Notes under the pieces: model-generated | Told to the model about the DNA's origin: nothing | Database searches by the model: none | Seen by the model: the letters and a program-made list of their open reading frames with translations, nothing else | Assembly: GCF_009914755.1 (NCBI RefSeq) | Contig: NC_060926.1 | Strand: one strand, 5' to 3' | Source of the DNA: the human T2T-CHM13v2.0 reference genome, Homo sapiens | Length of the DNA stretch: 64,000 bases | Shown: positions 58,968 through 64,000 of the stretch, one piece after another | Numbering within the stretch: position 1 is the first letter of the stretch | Layout of the letters: every line of letters starts with the position of its first letter | Program-made: the position numbers and the translations under genes

Positions 58968-59496
58968 TACAGTTCATCTTCATTATTTGTGGATCCCATA
59001 TTTGCAAATTTGCTTACTTGCTAAAATGTCTTTGTAATCCCCAAATACTTGTGGAGCTTTCAAGGTGACTTATGGATATACACATAGTAGTGAAAAATAT
59101 GTCACTCCTTGCCCAAGTCCCAAGGTGACCCTCAGCCTTGTCTCAGCCCTCATACAAAGATGACCAGAGGACAGAGACAGCAGAGGGCAGTGCAGCGTAG
59201 TGCAAGAAGCTCTGGCTCTGGGGCCATCTGGACGAGTCTGAATCTTAACTCTGGCACCTGTTAGTAGAGAGGCCTCAGGCAAATCGCTTAACACTTCTGT
59301 ACTTCCTTTATTTTTTGTAAGTAAAGAAAATTCAATCTACCAGGATGAGTTGTTTTTAGGAATTAATTTTGTAATCTGTGTGAGATATGTATATATGTAT
59401 ATATTTTCCCTGGGAACAAGGGTTGAATATTTGATAATTCAGTGTTCTTGGCAACTTTATAGAATATAACTACTGCAAATAATGAGAATTGACTAT
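58968..59496. mobile_element. Tigger4-like DNA transposon
   Basis: Inverted termini tacagttcatcttcattatttgtg ... tgcaaataatgagaattgacta. Confidence 0.65.
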
Positions 59497-60104
59497 AATT
59501 ATTTATAAAGAAATAACAGAGAAGTAGGCAAAACATTTGGATGAGGCAGAGGCAGGCTTCAAGATTTTGAAGAAACAGAATTTCACCAAGCACATAAGGT
59601 GTGGAAAAGGCTTGCAAGGAGAGAGAATGGTGCATACAGAGAGAGGTCCAGATGGTGGAAAAAAACAGGTAGGTTCAGGAAATGGCACTTCAGGAAGTCT
59701 AGAGCAGTAGGAGATGAGATCAGAACACAGTGCCATCGTGCTTCTCTGCACCCTGTATATACCTTCTACTGCAGAACCTCACTCTCTGCATTTAATTATT
59801 GGTTTCTAGTTCTCTCTTCCATTAAACTGTGAGCTCCTCAAGGTCTCTAAGAAGAAATCATAGCTAGAGTCCTCTAAATTTGCAAACAAGTTATTATTAA
59901 ACACAAATACTCCCAAAAAAGACTGCACAAAAATAACTTTGGTTTTCAGCTGCAGTCACAGCAATTCACAACTGTTACAGATTTGCAATTTGTCCAGGAT
60001 TTTTCTCTGATGACTGCTGTAACTCTGTCATAAACTCTTTTCCTTGTTTTAGACACCCAGACATTTGTTGGAACAGTTTTAAGATCTTACTCTTTTTAGT
60101 GTAA

Positions 60105-60241
60105 TTGATTGATTGGTTGATTGACTGAGATGGGGTCTCACTATGTTGCCCAGGCTTGTCTTAAACTCCTAGGTTCAAGCAATCCTCCTGCCTCAGCCTC
60201 CTAAGTGGCTGGGATTACAGGCACACACCACTGTGCTAGGC
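60105..60241 (-). mobile_element. Alu monomer (FLAM-like) with (GATT)n tail
   Basis: Single antisense Alu arm; tagtgt flanks. Confidence 0.85.
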
Positions 60242-61399
60242 TCTAGTGTGATTTATTAACAAGGCTTAAACATATGGTCCATTAGACAAGGCTGCCACCT
60301 CAGAGTAAAGATTTCTTTTAATTCACTATAATAGACTTTTTTCTTTATATACAAGATACAATTTTACCACAGTAAAATACAAGGAAGCATACTGATACAT
60401 ACATTACAAACAGGATAAAGAAAGCAATATAATTTTTTCCACAAAAGCTTGCAAAATCCTGGCCAAAACACAGTGAACATGATGTTAAACTCATAGCTTA
60501 CATTTCTCCACTGAAAGCTAGGAAAAACAATTCCAATTTTTGAAAAGTCAGGAAACTAAGCACTGTGAGAATTTACAAGATTTTGTAAACCTGTATATTC
60601 TCCCCACCCCGATATACAAGTAGCCAGAGGAGCCTATCAGTCTTACCCCAACACTTCAATCTCCTCCAACCTTCAAAATAAAACCCTCACTGTCCAATAT
60701 CTGAATTTATATTTTCAAACGTCTAAAATCTTAATCAAAGCTAAGAGCAGTGCATTAGCTTTTCCCCATAAAATTGTTGGCATAATTTTACTTAGGCACA
60801 GCATAGTTTGTACTGTTATCAAAAAACATATGGCTAGAACCGACATTACTAGAAACCAAACGAATATACTATGAAGGTGAAAAGGGAACAGGGAATGTTG
60901 TTTTTGGACAGATTCAATGCTGTTATTATCCCTTCATAGGTTGGGTGTGATCGAATCACACTGTGCTGTACAACTAAGTATGTTCTATATTTTATGACAA
61001 AGTAGGGTAGCCAGGCCCTTACACTACAAACTCCCAGAAACCCCAGTTAAGCTGTTTAAAGTATAATCCAATTCAATTTACTTAAAATAATAGTAACAAA
61101 ATTTAAATCCCTTGCTTCTAGTTAGCCCTTTTCAACTGCATTTTCAGCAATTACCACCAAAAGAACTGCATTAGGACAAAGATTCTAGAGCGGGTATAAT
61201 GGTCAAATGCCATTTGAAGGCAAAAACAGTCTACCAGGAACAAAACATTAAAGTTCCCAACCTTGCCAAACTCCCTGTTCTGCGTATTCTGCCTCTCTCA
61301 GTTCACCTTCCAGCTGCCTGGAAGAGGCAAGTGGAAAATGTTAGTTTTCTGGAGAGATGAGAATGGAATTTAGGGGTTGGTAGGGGGTGATGGGCTCAC

Positions 61400-62560
61400 T
61401 CACGGACCGCAAGGCACAAGAGAAGTGGCGAACGTCTCCCAGGCAAATGAGGCATGAAGAATGAGGGCTGGAGTCAAGGGGGAGATGGAGCAAGTATAAA
61501 AAGGCAGAGGACGCGCAGGGGCCGCGAATAGGGGAAGGGCACGACGCGCAATCCCTCCCGCTCCAGCCCGGGGAGAGGGGCGGGGGATGCCGCGCGGGTC
61601 AATTTGCCTAGCATTGTTGCACCTGGGTAGAAATGGGACTCAGGCCAAGAATTCGGTTCGAGTGTTAGGAGGACGCTGAGGGGAGTCAGGAACTTGGGTG
61701 GGAGTCGGGGGGAAACAGAGCACCTGTGCGGGGGGGAAAGGGACGAAAACCCCCTATTGCTCCCGAGGGGCAGGGGCTGACCCCAGCGGACGCCCCTTTT
61801 CGCCGATGGCCGCGACGTGGGACCCCGCGCGCTTTCCCTCCCTACAGGAGCTCGGGCAGGCGCGTGCCGCCCTTCACAGCCCCGACGGCGGCAGAAAGGG
61901 AGGCGCAGGGCGCCCCCAGAGCCGGGAGAACGGCGTTTCCCTCGAGTCCTTTCCCCAGCAGCCCGGGCACCCGAGCCCACCTGGGCTAACCAGAAGCCCC
62001 TCCTTCAGATCGTACTCTGCCACTCCTCCGAGAGCTTAAGCCGTTGCCGTAGAGGTCGCCGTCGCCACAACAGTCTCGGCCTTTAGTACCAAAACGTGAA
62101 GCACAGCACCCGAGAAGCGCCACTACCACTTGCCAGGTTATCTCTTACTGCACACTGCCTCCTCGCCCCGCCCCCGAACCCAAGCCATTGGTTGCCGGGC
62201 ACCGCCCCATTCGTCTATTGGGCCAAAGAAGATGCCGTTCGGTCACCTAGAATGGCATATGTGGTTTTTATTGGTCTAAATGTGAAGCAGTGCCCGCCCA
62301 CTCCCTCAGAAGTTTCAGCTTCTGATTGGTTTTAATGTCTGTCTTTTCTCTTCCTTCATTTTTTTTTTTCCTGTGGTGGAACACCTCCTTGAGGGAGATG
62401 CCGGCTCTGATTGGCTGAAAGGACGCTACGCTAGCCTGGGATAGGCATTGGGCCAAGGATGCGCCCGGCCCACTCGTGGGGGAGGAGACCAAGGCGCCGC
62501 ACTCTGGGTTTGTTTACACAGGCTCTTGCTCCCGCTTCGTCTATTGGCTGAGCTGGAAGC
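61400..62560. promoter_or_regulatory. CpG island promoter of PAIP2B with GC boxes and CCAAT boxes
   Basis: Abrupt rise in GC and CpG density; GC box ccccgccccc at 62166-62175; seven ATTGG between 62187 and 62547. Confidence 0.9.
61981..62155 (-). other. PAIP2B: PAIP2B non-coding exon 1 (5'UTR); TSS approximate
   Basis: Donor CCCAG|GTGGGC at 61980 inside the CpG island, just downstream of GC and CCAAT boxes; no upstream ATG. The 5' end is inferred from motif positions. Confidence 0.75.
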
Positions 62561-62828
62561 CACTGCCACCGAGTTTTGCCTGTCAGCCTAGCAAGGAGGA
62601 GGGTGGGGGTGGGCCTCAGTAGGATTTCCCTCAGCTGTCAATTACCAAAGGAGGAGCTTTGATTCAGGCTGCTTTGGACCTGGTGCTATTCTCTGTAGGG
62701 AAAATTAAGGAATTGGGCTCCTTGGGAGGCTGGAAGGAAGCAAAGGGACGCTGGAAGGAAGCAGACGGATGCTTCCACGTTTCTAGAAACAAACCTAACT
62801 TCTTGAGTGCTTTAAAAAAATAAAACTT

Positions 62829-63245
<417 letters not shown>

Positions 63246-63386
63246 TTATACATTTTTCTCTCCCCCCCACCTCTCAAGCTGACTGTATACATGACACAAA
63301 GTTAGGGAATTGCAGAATGAATGGAAAAAATATAAAAATGAAAAAGATAAACTCAAATAACAATTATAAATATTAGCTGTATACTT

Positions 63387-63763
63387 TGATATGGTTTGGC
63401 TCTGTGTCCCCACCCAAATCTCATTTTGAATTATAATTCCCAATGTTGGGGGAGGGACTTGGTGGGAGGCGATTGGATCATGGGGGCAGATTTCCCCCTT
63501 GCTGTTCTCGTGATAGTGAGTGAGTTCTCACAAGGTCTGATGGTAAAAAAAGTGTGTGTCCTTCCCCCTTAGCTCTCTCTCCCTCTTGCTACCATGTGAA
63601 AACGTGCTTGCTTCCCCTTTGCCCTGATTGTAAGTTTCCTGAGGCCTCACCAGCCATGCCTCCTGTACAGCCTGAGGAACGGTGAGTCAATTAAACCTCT
63701 TTTCTTTATAAATTACTCAGTCTCAGGTAGTTCTTTATAGCAATGTGAGAATGGACTAATACA
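63387..63763 (+). mobile_element. MSTA/MSTB solo LTR
   Basis: TGATATGG...CTAATACA with perfect 5-bp TSD TACTT. Confidence 0.92.
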
Positions 63764-64000
63764 TACTTCATATTAAATGATATAAGTAAATAAATAAATT
63801 CATTCAACAAGTATTATTTAGCATCTACTATGAATGTTCTAGGCTCTGATCATGGAACTGGGTATATGATATGAATAAGACAGTGAAGATGCACCCATGG
63901 TGTTTATACTGTAGTGAAGGAGACTGACAACAGAAAAGTAACCAATAAATAATAAAATGGTATGTTGTGAATAAATGCTACAAAGGAAAATAAAGCAGAG

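Noticed and set aside
61474-62086. Overlapping 87-168 aa ORFs in the CpG island
   Set aside because: GC-rich DNA lacks stop codons. The products are Arg/Pro/Gly-rich with no recognisable domain, and the longest begins at the splice-donor GTG.

Overview
Primate (human or near-human ape) genomic DNA, rich in repeats. It contains the complete minus-strand gene PAIP2B (poly(A)-binding protein interacting protein 2B, 123 aa). The gene has a non-coding exon 1 in a CpG island at ~62 kb, coding exons at 37503-37640, 24906-25082 and 23540-23596, and a ~5.7 kb 3'UTR ending near 17.8 kb. The other gene-derived piece is absent from the ORF track: a frameshifted copy of the last exon and 3'UTR of NAGK (13635-~13950, + strand) fused to a truncated MST LTR. 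The left edge is the 5' end of an internally deleted HERV-H provirus (LTR7-type LTR and His PBS joined directly to pol). The rest is Alu, L1, L2, MIR, MaLR/ERV LTR and DNA-transposon sequence, and nearly all ORF-track entries are repeat-derived or chance ORFs. I see no convincing wholly new biological system. The best leads are the NAGK terminal-exon duplicate, a palindromic two-strand poly(A) signal in the PAIP2B 3'UTR, a 118-bp duplication straddling the PAIP2B poly(A) site, the deleted HERV-H, an antisense LTR12 in intron 1 and a seven-CCAAT promoter. Repeat family names come from recall of consensus sequences, and repeat boundaries without a stated TSD are approximate.
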